From NCBI GenBank assembly GCA_963705105.1, contig CAVPIW010000009.1:256001-320000 (forward strand): a stretch of DNA of 64,000 bases, given 5' to 3'. The position numbers were made by a program, and so were the translations under genes. This DNA comes from an uncultured Nitrospiraceae bacterium. GTDB lineage: Bacteria > Nitrospirota > Thermodesulfovibrionia > Thermodesulfovibrionales > Dissulfurispiraceae. Under the pieces are notes generated by a model. It was not told where the DNA came from. It ran no database searches and saw only the letters and a program-made list of their open reading frames with translations. Below, piece by piece: positions 1 to 10,304 of this stretch; position 1 is the stretch's first letter, and the number at the start of each line of letters is the position of its first letter.

Positions 1-586
1 ACAGCTCCTCTGAAGCCGCCTTGTCCTTCTCTTCCGACCCGAGGGCGAGCTTCCCGTCGGACATCATGACGATGATCTTGTCCTTCCTGCCGGAAGAACC
101 CAGCTCCCCGGCAGCCGCCCTGATCCCGTCGGGAATGTTCGTCGAGAGATCCTGCGAGCCGATTGACTGGACAGCGTTCAGGAGTTTCCCCCGGTGAGCC
201 GGCCTGTTGTCCGTCAGCCCGATGAGGACCTTCGCCCTGTCGCCGAAACTGACGATGCCGAGCCTGTCCTGTTCTCCGAGAAGTGACATGAAAAGCCTCG
301 CTGCAGGTTTCCGGTAGCTCTTCGGATCCGTCTTCTTCATGCTTCCGGAGCTGTCCATGAGGAGAATGACGTCGATTCCTTCTTCGCCGGGCTTCGCGCT
401 CCGCGTCTCCTGCGCCTTCGTGGACTTCTGTTTTACGGCGGCATGAATGCCGTGAGGGAACAGGAGACAGAGAAAAAGAGGAAGCAGAAACAGAACAGCC
501 GCCGCAGACCATGTTGCACACAGCCCGGTCTCTTCCCCGGTCGGGCAGGTTTGTCTGCAGGCATAATGACGGTCCGGCGGGATCAT
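1..586 (-). CDS. von Willebrand factor A domain protein, secreted (3' part outside window)
   Basis: Manual translation from ATG 586: hydrophobic signal-like stretch, then GIDVILLMDSSGSM (MIDAS DxSxS), LGIVSF, IIVMMSDG. Runs off the window edge. Confidence 0.85.
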   Translation of the reverse strand, partial: MIPPDRHYACRQTCPTGEETGLCATWSAAAVLFLLPLFLCLLFPHGIHAAVKQKSTKAQETRSAKPGEEGIDVILLMDSSGSMKKTDPKSYRKPAARLFMSLLGEQDRLGIVSFGDRAKVLIGLTDNRPAHRGKLLNAVQSIGSQDLSTNIPDGIRAAAGELGSSGRKDKIIVMMSDGKLALGSEEKDKAASEEL

Positions 587-593
587 GAATGCA

Positions 594-1625
594 TCAGAGA
601 ATATTGTTCTCCGCCCTTTTCATATCGGCTTCGATCATGATCCGGACCAGTTCCCGGAACTTCGTCTTCGGCTCCCATCCGAGTTTCCTCTTCGCCTTCG
701 AGCAGTCTCCGAGGAGCAGGTCGACCTCGGCGGGTCTGAAAAATTCAGGGGATATCTCGATGAGGACCCTGCCGCTCTTCCTGTCCTTTCCTTTTTCGCC
801 GACGCCCTCCCCCTCCCAGACGATGTCATACCCTGCATGGCTGAAGGCGATCTCGACGAATTCCCTGATCGAATGGGTTTCCTCCGAGGCGATGACATAA
901 TCATCGGGCTCATCCTGCTGCAGCATGAGCCACATCGCTTCGACATACTCGGGGGCATATCCCCAGTCTCGCCTGGAATCGAGGTTGCCGAGGACGATTT
1001 TGTCCTGCAGCCCGTATTTGATACGTGCTATGCCCGTCGTCACCTTTCTCGTCACAAACTCCTTGCCCCTGAAAGGCGACTCGTGGTTGAAAAGGATCCC
1101 GGAACAGGCATACATATTATATGATTCCCTGTAGTTTGCGGTGATCCAGTGACCGAACAGCTTGGCCACGCCATAGGGGCTCCTCGGGTGAAAGGGGGTC
1201 CTTTCGTTCTGCGGCGTCTCGGCGACCTTTCCGAACATCTCCGATGTCGAGGCCTGGTAAAACCTCGTCGAGGGACTGAGCGCGCGCAGGGTCTCGAGCA
1301 GTCTCAACACACCGATGGCATCGATATCCGCGGTGAGAACGGGCTGAGAGAACGACACCTGCACGAAACTCTGGGCAGCGAGGTTGTAGACTTCGTCAGG
1401 CTTTGCCTGCTCGATGACGGACATGACGTTTGTCAGCTCGAGGAGGTCCATGTAGACGATTCTCACGTCCTTCTCGATGGCCAGTTCCTTCATCCTCCAG
1501 AAGCTTGAATCGCCGCTCCTCCGGTCGGCGCCCCAGACTTCATACCCCTTTTTAAGAAGAAGGTGCGAAAGATATGCCCCGTCCTGTCCCCTGATACCTG
1601 TTATAAGCGCCCTTTTCATTGACAA
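594..1625 (-). CDS. gmd: GDP-mannose 4,6-dehydratase
   Basis: ALITGIRGQDGAYL, NLAAQSFV, YQASTSEMFG, PRSPYGVAK, NHESPFRG..FVTRK, RDWG motifs. Confidence 0.95.
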   Translation of the reverse strand: MSMKRALITGIRGQDGAYLSHLLLKKGYEVWGADRRSGDSSFWRMKELAIEKDVRIVYMDLLELTNVMSVIEQAKPDEVYNLAAQSFVQVSFSQPVLTADIDAIGVLRLLETLRALSPSTRFYQASTSEMFGKVAETPQNERTPFHPRSPYGVAKLFGHWITANYRESYNMYACSGILFNHESPFRGKEFVTRKVTTGIARIKYGLQDKIVLGNLDSRRDWGYAPEYVEAMWLMLQQDEPDDYVIASEETHSIREFVEIAFSHAGYDIVWEGEGVGEKGKDRKSGRVLIEISPEFFRPAEVDLLLGDCSKAKRKLGWEPKTKFRELVRIMIEADMKRAENNIL

Positions 1626-2096
1626 TCCTTTACGTTGAATGGGAAAATTTTAGCGCACCGGTCGGCATCGCCGGGGCTCCGCCACGGGTCTCTGCGATCG
1701 ACGTACAATCCTTCCCGCCGCCATGCCGCGCAATCATCCGTAAGGCGAAGGTTTGCCTCAGTCGCCGCAACAAAATTCATTATATCACATCCGTCCCGCT
1801 AAAACCCTTTAAAACCTTGTCGGAAGAGCAGCCCGGAGGGCGGATCGCGGCCGGCATTTGTGGCATCGAAAACACATGCGTCTGTAATTGCCTACACCTG
1901 GGAACCCTCGAACTCCACTGCCCTGATCCCTTACGTCCTGTGCGGTCCCTGGCGTTTCGATTGCCGAATCACGGAAGGGCCGACGCGGGGGAATAACCCC
2001 CGGGGGACTTTTTCCAGGAAGAGAATCAGTCACCCCCTCTTTCCTGAGCTGCAGAATTTCATCATCTTTTCAACATGTTACAATGTCTTTCTGCGC

Positions 2097-2112
2097 TGGC
2101 ATATTTTTTGTT
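2097..2112 (+). promoter_or_regulatory. candidate sigma-54 promoter (near-consensus)
   Basis: TGGCATATTTTTTGTT is GG-N10-GT, upstream of the 2329 gene. Confidence 0.45.
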
Positions 2113-2328
2113 TAACCCAACCTCGGGCTGTACGGCACAGGCCTCCATGTGGCTTTTTGCGACACGAGGCCTTTTTGCGCAAAATCATTTAAACATGTCC
2201 TGACGGCGGCGAGACCGGAGAGGATGCCTGAGGAGAAAAATGCAGTCTTATCCTCGACTCATGGCTCAGAGCAGGTTTTACGGAGGCGCCCCGCCTGCCG
2301 TGTTTATCAGGGCTATCATGGAGGCGGT

Positions 2329-4783
2329 TTGAAAGGGAAAAGGTTCGTCCCGTTTTTTGTCGTGCTTCTTCTTTTTTCTCCCTGTATTCTTTCAGCAGCG
2401 CAAGTCACCCTTTCCTGGGACCCCCCGACGACCAACGCAGACGGCACACCGTTAACAGATCTCTCCGGCTATATCATCCACTATGGAACGACCTCAGGCG
2501 TCTATACGGTGCATCTCGACGTCGAGAAACGTGACGACATATACCATCACTACCCTCGCAGACTGCACGACCTATTATTTCGCCGTTACTGCGTATGATA
2601 TTTCCCGCAACGAAAGCTCCTACTCGAACCAGGTGAGCAAGACGACCACCTGTCCGGCTCTGCCGCCACCGCAGTATACGCTGACTGTCACGAAGGCCGG
2701 CACGGGAAGCGGGACAGTGACAAGCAGTCCGGTGGGGATCAACTGCGGCACCGACTGCTCGGAGCCCTTCGCGCAGAATGCCGTGGTACAGCTCACCGCG
2801 GCACCGGCGGCAAAATCGAACTTCGGCGGCTGGTCGGGTAGCTGTACGGGCACGGCGACAACCTGCAGCGTTACCGTCAACGCTGCAAAAACCGCGACGG
2901 CGACGTTCACGATCAAGCAGTTCACGATCACCGCATCCGCGGGCGCGAACGGCAGCATTTCCCCCAGCGGCAGCGTCCCAGTGAACTACGGAACGAACAG
3001 GACATTCACGATCACGCCCAATGCAAACTACAGGGTGGCGGATGTGAGGGTTGACAACGTCTCGATGGGGGCGATCACCACATACACCTTCAGCAATGTA
3101 ACGGCGAACCACACCATAGCGGCGACGTTCACCGCCAACACGACTGCCCTCACTGTCACGAAGAGCGGCACGGGAAGCGGGACTGTGACAAGCAGCCCGG
3201 CGGGCATCAACTGCGGCACCGACTGCTCGGAGCCCTTCGCGCTGAATACCGTGGTACAGCTCACGCGCGGCACCGGCAACAAACTCGACCTTCACAGGCT
3301 GGTCAGGCAGTTGTACGGGCACCGCGACAACCTGCAGCGTCACCGTCAGCGCCGCGAAAACCGCGACGGCGACGTTCAATCTCAGGCAGTTCACGATCAC
3401 CGCATCCGCGGGCTCGAACGGCACCATTTCCCCCAGCGGCAGCGTTCCAGTGAACTACGGAACGAACAGGACATTCACGATCACGCCCAATGCAAACTAC
3501 AGAGTGGCGGATGTGAGGGTTGACAACGTCTCGATGGGGGCAATCACCACATACACCTTCAGCAATGTAACGGCAAACCACACCATAGCGGCGACGTTCA
3601 CCGCCAGCACGACTGCCCTCACTGTCACGAAGAGCGGCACGGGAAGCGGGACAGTGACAAGCAGCCCGGCGGGCATCAACTGCGGCACCGACTGCTCGGA
3701 GCCCTTCGCGCAGAATACCGTGGTACAGCTCACCGCGGCACCGGCAACAAACTCGACCTTCACAGGCTGGTCCGGCGCCTGTGTCGGCAATGCAGCAACC
3801 TGCACGGTAACGATGGATGCCGCCAGGACGGTGGCAGCAGCATTCTCAGACAACGGTCCCGCTGCGGCTGAACCGGTCGAAGCAGTCGTCAGCGGAGACT
3901 TCAACAACGACGGCGTCGCCGATATGGCGATCATCGAAACCGGCGGTCTCGTCTCCTACTCGACAAACGTGAACTCTCCTTCGCCGACCTGGATTCCCGT
4001 GCCCGGCCAGATTTTTTCGAAGATCGTGGCGGGGAACTTCAGGTCTTCCCGGGCCGGTGACGAACTGGCGGGTATAACAACCGGCGGCGGGATTTTCTAT
4101 ACGAGGGACTTCCTCGCCTGGACACAGATACCGCTGACAGGGACGCTGACAACGCTTGTGGCCGGGAACTTCAACAACGCGCGGACAGGTGACGAACTGG
4201 CGGGGCTCGCCCCCGACGGTACCGTTTTCGTCACACTGGGCACCAGCATTACCGCAGGATTCAATGAAGTCAACGGCGGGCTTGCCCAACTCGTCTCCGG
4301 CGATGTGAACAGCGACGGACTGACCGATCTGATCGGCTTGAATTCCTTAGGTAAAATCTTGGTGTCGACAAACGCGGGGACGACCTGGACACAGGTCCCC
4401 GGTCGGCTTTCGCAGGTCGTCAGCGCCGACATCAACGGCGACCGCAGGTTCGACATCGCCGGCCTGAGCTCCACCGGCACTATCTGGTTCACCACCAATC
4501 TCGGCGCCGCCTGGACACAGGTGCCCGGTTCACTTTCGCAGGTCGTCAGCGCCGACATCAACGGCGACGGCAGGTCCGACATCGCCGGCCTGAGCACCAC
4601 CGGCACGATCTGGTTTACCACCAATCTCGGCGCCGCATGGACGAATGTGCCGGGAACCCTGACTCAACTGATCAGTGGAGACTTTAACGGCAACGGCAGT
4701 GATGACCTGGCGGGCGTGAGCCGCTGCAGGGACAGCTCTTCCTGTCGACGGACCGGCTTCCCTTTGTTGAGGTCGTCCGGTAG
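2329..4783 (+). pseudogene. secreted FN3 + tandem Ig-like (InlB B-repeat/Flg_new-like) + C-terminal FG-GAP-like propeller protein; frameshifted (pseudogene or sequencing error)
   Basis: GGAGG RBS then TTG 2329, signal peptide and VTLSWDPP..GYIIHYG (FN3). The reading continues in ORFs 2483-3523 and 3450-4976 via extra bases near 2526, 3266 and 4720-4732. Removing them gives the ending [16 protein letters not shown] (TAG 4781-4783), matching paralogues. Confidence 0.8.
2681..3845 (+). repeat. intragenic tandem repeat, about 468-bp unit, about 2.5 near-identical copies
   Basis: CTSACTGTCACGAAG..CGGCACGGGAAGCGGGAC recurs at about 2681, 3149 and 3618; encodes [29 protein letters not shown]. Confidence 0.9.
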
Positions 4784-4990
4784 AAAACTTGCCTCGCAAG
4801 TGTGTGTGTTTCACGAGGCTCGTGTGCATAGCAGCCTGCAGCCTATCATGAAACATTCTTTTCAGTGGCAGAGGGAGACAGACGGCACAGTTCGGACTGT
4901 CTCCCTCGTCGCCAACTCCCGCAGCGACGACAGCACCGGCAATTCTCTGGAGACACCGAAGGGCGGACCTCACTGAAATTCTCCTTTATT

Positions 4991-5150
4991 GACGATCTCG
5001 TAAAAAGTCGTCATACCCGCGAAGCTTGTCCTCACGGATAGTAAGCGGGGAGCGGGTATCCAGAGTACAAATGACTGTCTGAAAGGACTGGATTCCCGTC
5101 TGCACGGGAATGACGGATACGCCCTTTACAGGAATTCTTACGAGGCCGTC
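4991..5150. mobile_element. MITE family A, copy 1
   Basis: Imperfect TIRs (consensus GACGGCCTCGTAAAAAGTC), internal GTCAT(A/T)CCCG hairpins, 6-bp direct repeat TTTATT on both sides. Confidence 0.8.
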
Positions 5151-5270
5151 TTTATTGAAACGTGACAAATTCCGTCAGCATGTGGTCATGATTTGACTAT
5201 GCCGGAAAAGCGCATCAGAAATTTTCCTTTTTTTATCAGTGCCTCCTTTCTTTCTTGCCGATGCTTTTTC

Positions 5271-5286
5271 AGGCATACGGCTTGCT
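5271..5286 (+). promoter_or_regulatory. candidate sigma-54 promoter
   Basis: AGGCATACGGCTTGCT is GG-N10-GC, 47 nt before ATG 5334. Confidence 0.65.
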
Positions 5287-5333
5287 CCAAGCGGATTATG
5301 ACCATAATACACTGAATTTCTGAGGGAGGTTTT

Positions 5334-6872
5334 ATGCATGATGTCAGTCGTCGTCCGCTTTTGGGTACCGATATGCCATTGAAGCCTGTCAGGGGGATGA
5401 GATCAGGATCTTTGCTTTTCAGGCTGTACAGCACACCGGGCGGCACGGTCATAGTCGCCTTATTGCTTTTTTCCCTGCTCTTCAATGCAAATACTCCCGT
5501 TGCGTCCGGCCTCGTCTGCCCGAGCCAGGAAGAACTCGAGGTTATACGTCTGATCAATGTGGAACGCGCGAATGCGGCACTTCCAGCCCTCACCGCGGAG
5601 ATCCGTCTCGGCACGGCAGCCCGTAAACACAGCCAGGACATGGCGATCCTGAACTTCTTCGCCCACGACAGTCTCAACGGGGCAACATTTGTCGACAGGA
5701 TTGAGGCCGAGGGCTACATCTACTGGAACCGGGCCTCCGAGAACATCGCCGCGGGGTATGGCTCACCCTCCGAAGTTGTGGCGGGCTGGATGAACAGCCC
5801 CGGCCACAGGGCGAATATACTCGATCCGCATGTAAGCGCCGTCGGCGCAGGGTTCTTCTTCGAAGCATCCGATGCCCCTCTGCCGGGGTATTCGTATCCC
5901 TTTTACCGCTACTGGACTACAGACTTCGGCGCCTCCTCCGATGCCCCCGTGAAGGCTCCGGGGGGCAGCGCCGTTGCCAGGGGCAACTTCAATGGCGACA
6001 ACATCGACGATATGGCGATCATTGATGCCTGCGGCAACGTCTTTTTCTCAACGAACGTGACCGCCGCTTCTCCGACCTGGAATCAGGTACCCGGTCAGGT
6101 CTTCTCGAAGATCGTGGCCGGCAACTTCAACCCCGCCCGGCAGGGTGATGAACTTGCCGGTATGGCGATCGACGGCAGGATTTTCTTCACGAGCGACATG
6201 CTCACGTGGACCCAGATACCGCTGACAGCGACGCTCACAGCCCTCGTGAGCGGGAACTTCTACAACGCCCCGGGTGACGAACTGGCGGGTCTTGACCCCA
6301 CGGGCTCCATCTTCGTAACGCTGGGGGCGGACCTTACAACAGGGTTCACCAGAGTCAACGGCAGGCTTGCCCAGCTCACGGCGGGTGATATCAACAACGA
6401 CGGCCAGACAGACCTGATCGGCCTCAGCTCAACCGCCAGGATCTGGGTGTCGAATGATGCCGGGGCTCATTGGACGCAGGTTCCGGGCACGCTCTCTCAG
6501 ATCATCAGCGCCGACTTCAATGGCGACCTCACTTTTGACATCGCCGGCCTGAGCCCGACCGGCAAGCTCTGGTATTCCGTCAATCTCGGTGCCACCTGGA
6601 CGAACGTACCCGGGACGCTGACCACAATGACAATCGGAGACTTCGGTGCGGCGACAGCAGGGGACCGGATGGCAGGCCTGAGTGCCGCCGGGAAGGTCTG
6701 GTACACGCCGACCCTGCCCGTACCGTCCTGGACAAACGTCCCGGGCTCGCTGACGCAGTTGATCACCGGTGACTTTGACGGCGACGGTACCGACGACCTG
6801 GCAGGCGTGGGGCCTGACGGAAGGCTCTACATGTCGCTGGACAGGCTGACCTGGGCCGTTGTTGCCCGGTAG
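5334..6872 (+). CDS. CAP/SCP (YkwD-like) domain + C-terminal FG-GAP-like propeller, secreted
   Basis: LINVER, AARKHSQDMA..FFAH, ENIAAG, WMNSPGHRANIL, followed by about 7 GDFxxDGxxDxAG repeats. Confidence 0.85.
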   Translation: MHDVSRRPLLGTDMPLKPVRGMRSGSLLFRLYSTPGGTVIVALLLFSLLFNANTPVASGLVCPSQEELEVIRLINVERANAALPALTAEIRLGTAARKHSQDMAILNFFAHDSLNGATFVDRIEAEGYIYWNRASENIAAGYGSPSEVVAGWMNSPGHRANILDPHVSAVGAGFFFEASDAPLPGYSYPFYRYWTTDFGASSDAPVKAPGGSAVARGNFNGDNIDDMAIIDACGNVFFSTNVTAASPTWNQVPGQVFSKIVAGNFNPARQGDELAGMAIDGRIFFTSDMLTWTQIPLTATLTALVSGNFYNAPGDELAGLDPTGSIFVTLGADLTTGFTRVNGRLAQLTAGDINNDGQTDLIGLSSTARIWVSNDAGAHWTQVPGTLSQIISADFNGDLTFDIAGLSPTGKLWYSVNLGATWTNVPGTLTTMTIGDFGAATAGDRMAGLSAAGKVWYTPTLPVPSWTNVPGSLTQLITGDFDGDGTDDLAGVGPDGRLYMSLDRLTWAVVAR

Positions 6873-6884
6873 AAGCAAGATCAA

Positions 6885-7727
6885 CTATCTCTTCCGGGCT
6901 ATGACGTACATGATATCGTAAACGTTCAGGTAGAAATCCAGCCTGGTGAGTCCGCTCTTTTTCAGCAGGTCGTAGAGTCGCTGACGCTGCTTCCGCAGGA
7001 CGAGGATGTTGTAGGCGATGTTGTCGACGCTCCGCGAAAAACCGCAATATCGGCTATACACGGCATCAAAGCCGCACCTGTCGAGGAGCCGGGCCAGGGT
7101 CCTCTTTGAGAAGTAGTGCAAGTGCGTGGGCGGATGCAGGAGCCTCCACTTCTCCTTCTTGAATCTGGCCACGATACTTTCGACATCGCCGGTGGTGATC
7201 GCCACGAGGGCGCCCTTTTCGGTGAGTGAGCCCACCTTCTCCAGGTAGAGATGGGGGTCCCTGAGGTGCTCAATCGTGTCCCAGAGGCAGACCACATCAA
7301 AGATCTGACCGCTGAAATCGTAGCCCAGGAAGTCACCGTGGATCGCCGCCAGCCCGAGTTGCTCCCGGGCATACCGCGTTCCGTCGTCCGATATGTCGAT
7401 GCCCGTCACGGATTCAAAACGCTTGCGGGCCAGGTCGAGAAAGAACCCGTACGCGCAGCCTATTTCGAGAAGCCTCCGGTGGCGTGTCCCGTCAAGAAAT
7501 CGCTGCAGCGTCCTGAACCTGAGCCTGAAGTTCTTCTGGAGGACTCTCCGGTCCGCCAGGTAATCGCTGTACTCTTCACCGAAGAAATATCCCTTGCCGT
7601 AGAGTCGTGACAGTTCCTCGTCGCTGAGCCTGAGGTCTGCGAAGACGTGGCCGCACCCTTCACACCTGAGGATGCCGGAATAGAGGGGTTTGTGCCTGCT
7701 GCCCCCGCAGACGACGCATTCACTCAT
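6885..7727 (-). CDS. class I SAM-dependent methyltransferase with N-terminal CxxC/CxxC
   Basis: LLEIGCAYGFFL, FDVVCLWDTIEHL, HLHYFS. Confidence 0.88.
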   Translation of the reverse strand: MSECVVCGGSRHKPLYSGILRCEGCGHVFADLRLSDEELSRLYGKGYFFGEEYSDYLADRRVLQKNFRLRFRTLQRFLDGTRHRRLLEIGCAYGFFLDLARKRFESVTGIDISDDGTRYAREQLGLAAIHGDFLGYDFSGQIFDVVCLWDTIEHLRDPHLYLEKVGSLTEKGALVAITTGDVESIVARFKKEKWRLLHPPTHLHYFSKRTLARLLDRCGFDAVYSRYCGFSRSVDNIAYNILVLRKQRQRLYDLLKKSGLTRLDFYLNVYDIMYVIARKR

Positions 7728-8664
7728 CGGGCAGGTTGATCTTTTCCTCGACGATGTAATGAGGCCGGGCCTTTACCTCGTCGAAAATGGCGCCGATGTA
7801 TTCACCGATTATACCGAGAGAGATAAGCTGTACGCCGCTGAACACGGATATGAGGATGGTCAGGGTTGTCCATCCCGAAGGAAGTGATGCATGCAGGAAG
7901 TACTGGACGAAGGTGACGAGGGCGAAGACGAAGCCGAAGGAAGCAAAAAGGAAGCCTAAAAAGATAACTGCCTGCAGGGGCCGCTTGCTGAATGAAACGA
8001 TGCCGTGCACGCCGAAGCGGATCAGACGGCTCAGGGAATACTTGCTCCGGCCTGCCGCACGGGCCTTCACTGCGAAGGGAATGCCGATGCTTTTGAAGCC
8101 GACCCAGCTGAAGAGACCCCTGAGAAATTGGTTGCGCTCCCGTATGCTTGTGTGAAAGAGTCGTGCGACACGGCGGGAAATGAGCCTGAAGTCTGCAGCG
8201 CTTTCGTTGATCGGGACCTTCGAGATGCTGTTGATGATCCGGTAGAAGAGCTTCGAGCTCAGCCTCTTGAAGAATCCGATATCAGGCTGATCCTGCCTGA
8301 TTGTATAGACGATGTCGTAGCCCTCTTCGAATTTGTCGAGCAGTGCGGGGATGAGGGACGGGGGATGCTGCAGGTCGCTGTCCATCATGACGACGGCATC
8401 GGACCGGGCATGATCGATGCCGGCCAGGAGGGACATCTGGTGGCCGAAGCGGGACGAGAGGGCGAGAACCTGCACCGTGTCATCAGCGGCTGCAATACGC
8501 CGCAGGATATCGACCGTGCCGTCGGTGCAGCGGTCCGCGACGTAAAGCACATTCGACAGGTAACGTCCCTCCAGGCCCCGGAGCGCACTGCGCAACGCCT
8601 CATGGAAGGCGCCGATCACCTCTTCTTCGTTGTAAACAGGGCATATGACTGTCAGGGTCTTCAC
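7720..8664 (-). CDS. GT2 polyprenol-phosphate glycosyltransferase (GtrB/DPM1-like)
   Basis: VICPVYNEE, MDSDLQHPP, DFRLISR, two C-terminal TM helices, GEYIG..F.EVKARP. Confidence 0.9.
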   Translation of the reverse strand: MKTLTVICPVYNEEEVIGAFHEALRSALRGLEGRYLSNVLYVADRCTDGTVDILRRIAAADDTVQVLALSSRFGHQMSLLAGIDHARSDAVVMMDSDLQHPPSLIPALLDKFEEGYDIVYTIRQDQPDIGFFKRLSSKLFYRIINSISKVPINESAADFRLISRRVARLFHTSIRERNQFLRGLFSWVGFKSIGIPFAVKARAAGRSKYSLSRLIRFGVHGIVSFSKRPLQAVIFLGFLFASFGFVFALVTFVQYFLHASLPSGWTTLTILISVFSGVQLISLGIIGEYIGAIFDEVKARPHYIVEEKINLPDE

Positions 8665-9578
8665 GTCCGCTTCAGCGTCTCCTCCAGGATCAGGCGGAGC
8701 GATGCCTCTATGGGCAAGGAAGGAACGAAACCGGCGATAGCTCGCAGCTTCCGGGTGCTGCCGTAATGAACGGGTATGTCAACGGTCTTCACGAGCGCCG
8801 TCTTGACCCTCACCTCTATGTCGACTCCCGCAAATCCTGTAAGAGTTGTAAGCATGTCTCTTATCAACGTGCCGGCGCCGGAACATATGTTGACAATCTG
8901 ACCATATGCCTCAGGCCGTCCCAGCACCTCCCGGAAGGCACGGACCGCTTCCCTCACATCGACGAAGTCCCGTGAGTTGCTGAGATTCCCCACCTCAATA
9001 ACCGGCGGAATGACTCCCTTCATGATCGCTGCGATCTGCCCGGCAAAAGACTGGACCACAAGGTGGTCAGGCATGCCGGGGCCGATGAGGTTGAAAGGTC
9101 GCACGATTGCAACAGGCCTGCCGCTCATTGCAGAGGCCAGGCCTTCGAGTGTCTGGGCGAGTTTGCTGATGCCGTAATGGTTGTAAGGGCGGGGATGCAT
9201 GTCTTCCGTGATGGGGACGTCCTGCTCCGTGACGAGCCCGTACTCGGCAGAGGTCCCGACGAGCAGCGCCGGGCAACTGCCGAAGCCCGCCTCTGCAAGA
9301 GCGCCGAGGAGTGCCAGGGCAAAGACGACGTTAACGCGGTAAAACTCGGCGGGATCGTTGGACCTCATGAGACCGGCCATGTGGTAGACCTGGTCGGGTT
9401 GTGCAGCCTTGACGGCTCCGCTGAGCACCTTCACATCGGTTATGTCGGAAACTCTGTAATGGCGGGGCCGATCGAGACCCCTGACACCGACGGTGTGGAC
9501 CTCGACACCCTGCTCCTCAAGATGAGAGATCAGGTGTCTCCCTGAAAATCCGCCCCCGCCGGTGACGAGCGCCCTCAT
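8661..9578 (-). CDS. NAD-dependent epimerase/reductase (Rmd-like, GDP-4-keto-6-deoxymannose reductase family)
   Basis: GGGGFSG, SAEYG, YGISK, RPFNLIGPG, VGNL...RDFVDVR. Confidence 0.75.
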   Translation of the reverse strand: MRALVTGGGGFSGRHLISHLEEQGVEVHTVGVRGLDRPRHYRVSDITDVKVLSGAVKAAQPDQVYHMAGLMRSNDPAEFYRVNVVFALALLGALAEAGFGSCPALLVGTSAEYGLVTEQDVPITEDMHPRPYNHYGISKLAQTLEGLASAMSGRPVAIVRPFNLIGPGMPDHLVVQSFAGQIAAIMKGVIPPVIEVGNLSNSRDFVDVREAVRAFREVLGRPEAYGQIVNICSGAGTLIRDMLTTLTGFAGVDIEVRVKTALVKTVDIPVHYGSTRKLRAIAGFVPSLPIEASLRLILEETLKRT

Positions 9579-10294
9579 AATCCTTCCGGCAGGAACTCGG
9601 CCCTCCGGCCCTCAAAGATCTCCGTGGCGATCTGGTAATCGTCGACCCGTCCGATGTCGAGCCAATAGCACGGCTCCTGGTAACAGAGCACCCTGCCACC
9701 GCTGCTGACAAGCCTTAGCATCAGGTCCGGCAGGTCGAGGTAGACGCCTGGGGTGATGTGGGGTTCAACAGCCTTCCTGTTGAGAACGTTCACGCCCATG
9801 CTGACGTCGAAGTGGTATGCCGGCTTTTCGATGTACTTTAAGAGTTCGCCGTCGGGTCCGCTCTCGATGACACCGAAATCTATTTTGACATCCCTGCGGT
9901 ACAAGCCGATTGTCCCCGCAGCGCTGCGTTCACGGTGGAAGTTATAGATGTTCCGGTAGTTGAGTGTCGTCAAAAGATCACCGTTCATGATGAGAAAGTC
10001 GTCATCGAGCCGATCCATGGCCATGCCGATCGGACCGGCCGTGCCGAGGGGCTTGTCCTCGAAGGAATAGGAAATGTCGAGTCCGTAACGGCTTCCATCC
10101 TGAAAAAAGGCCTGAAAAAGCTGGCTCATGTACCCCACTGCGAGAATGACCCGGCGCACGCCTGCCATCCTGAGCTGCCGCAGGATGATCTCGAGGATGG
10201 GATAATCACCGACAGGCAGAAGAGGTTTGGGGAGGACCGTGGTGTATGGTTTGAGACGGGTGCCTTTGCCGCCGGCAAGGATCACTGCCTGCAT
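9575..10294 (-). CDS. sugar-phosphate nucleotidyltransferase
   Basis: MQAVILAGGKGTRLKPYT..LPKPL, EDKPLGTAG, NGDLLT, WLDIGR. Start placed at ATG 10294. Confidence 0.9.
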   Translation of the reverse strand: MQAVILAGGKGTRLKPYTTVLPKPLLPVGDYPILEIILRQLRMAGVRRVILAVGYMSQLFQAFFQDGSRYGLDISYSFEDKPLGTAGPIGMAMDRLDDDFLIMNGDLLTTLNYRNIYNFHRERSAAGTIGLYRRDVKIDFGVIESGPDGELLKYIEKPAYHFDVSMGVNVLNRKAVEPHITPGVYLDLPDLMLRLVSSGGRVLCYQEPCYWLDIGRVDDYQIATEIFEGRRAEFLPEGL

Positions 10295-10304
10295 GGACGT
10301 TTCA

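Noticed and set aside
2113..2328. Riboswitch (c-di-GMP or yybP/Mn) in long leaders
   Set aside because: No consensus recognisable by eye here or at 33349-33636; an Rfam/Infernal scan would be needed.
4784..4976. C-terminal extension of ORF 3450-4976
   Set aside because: Out-of-frame read-through; the paralogue-like terminus ends at TAG 4783 in another frame.
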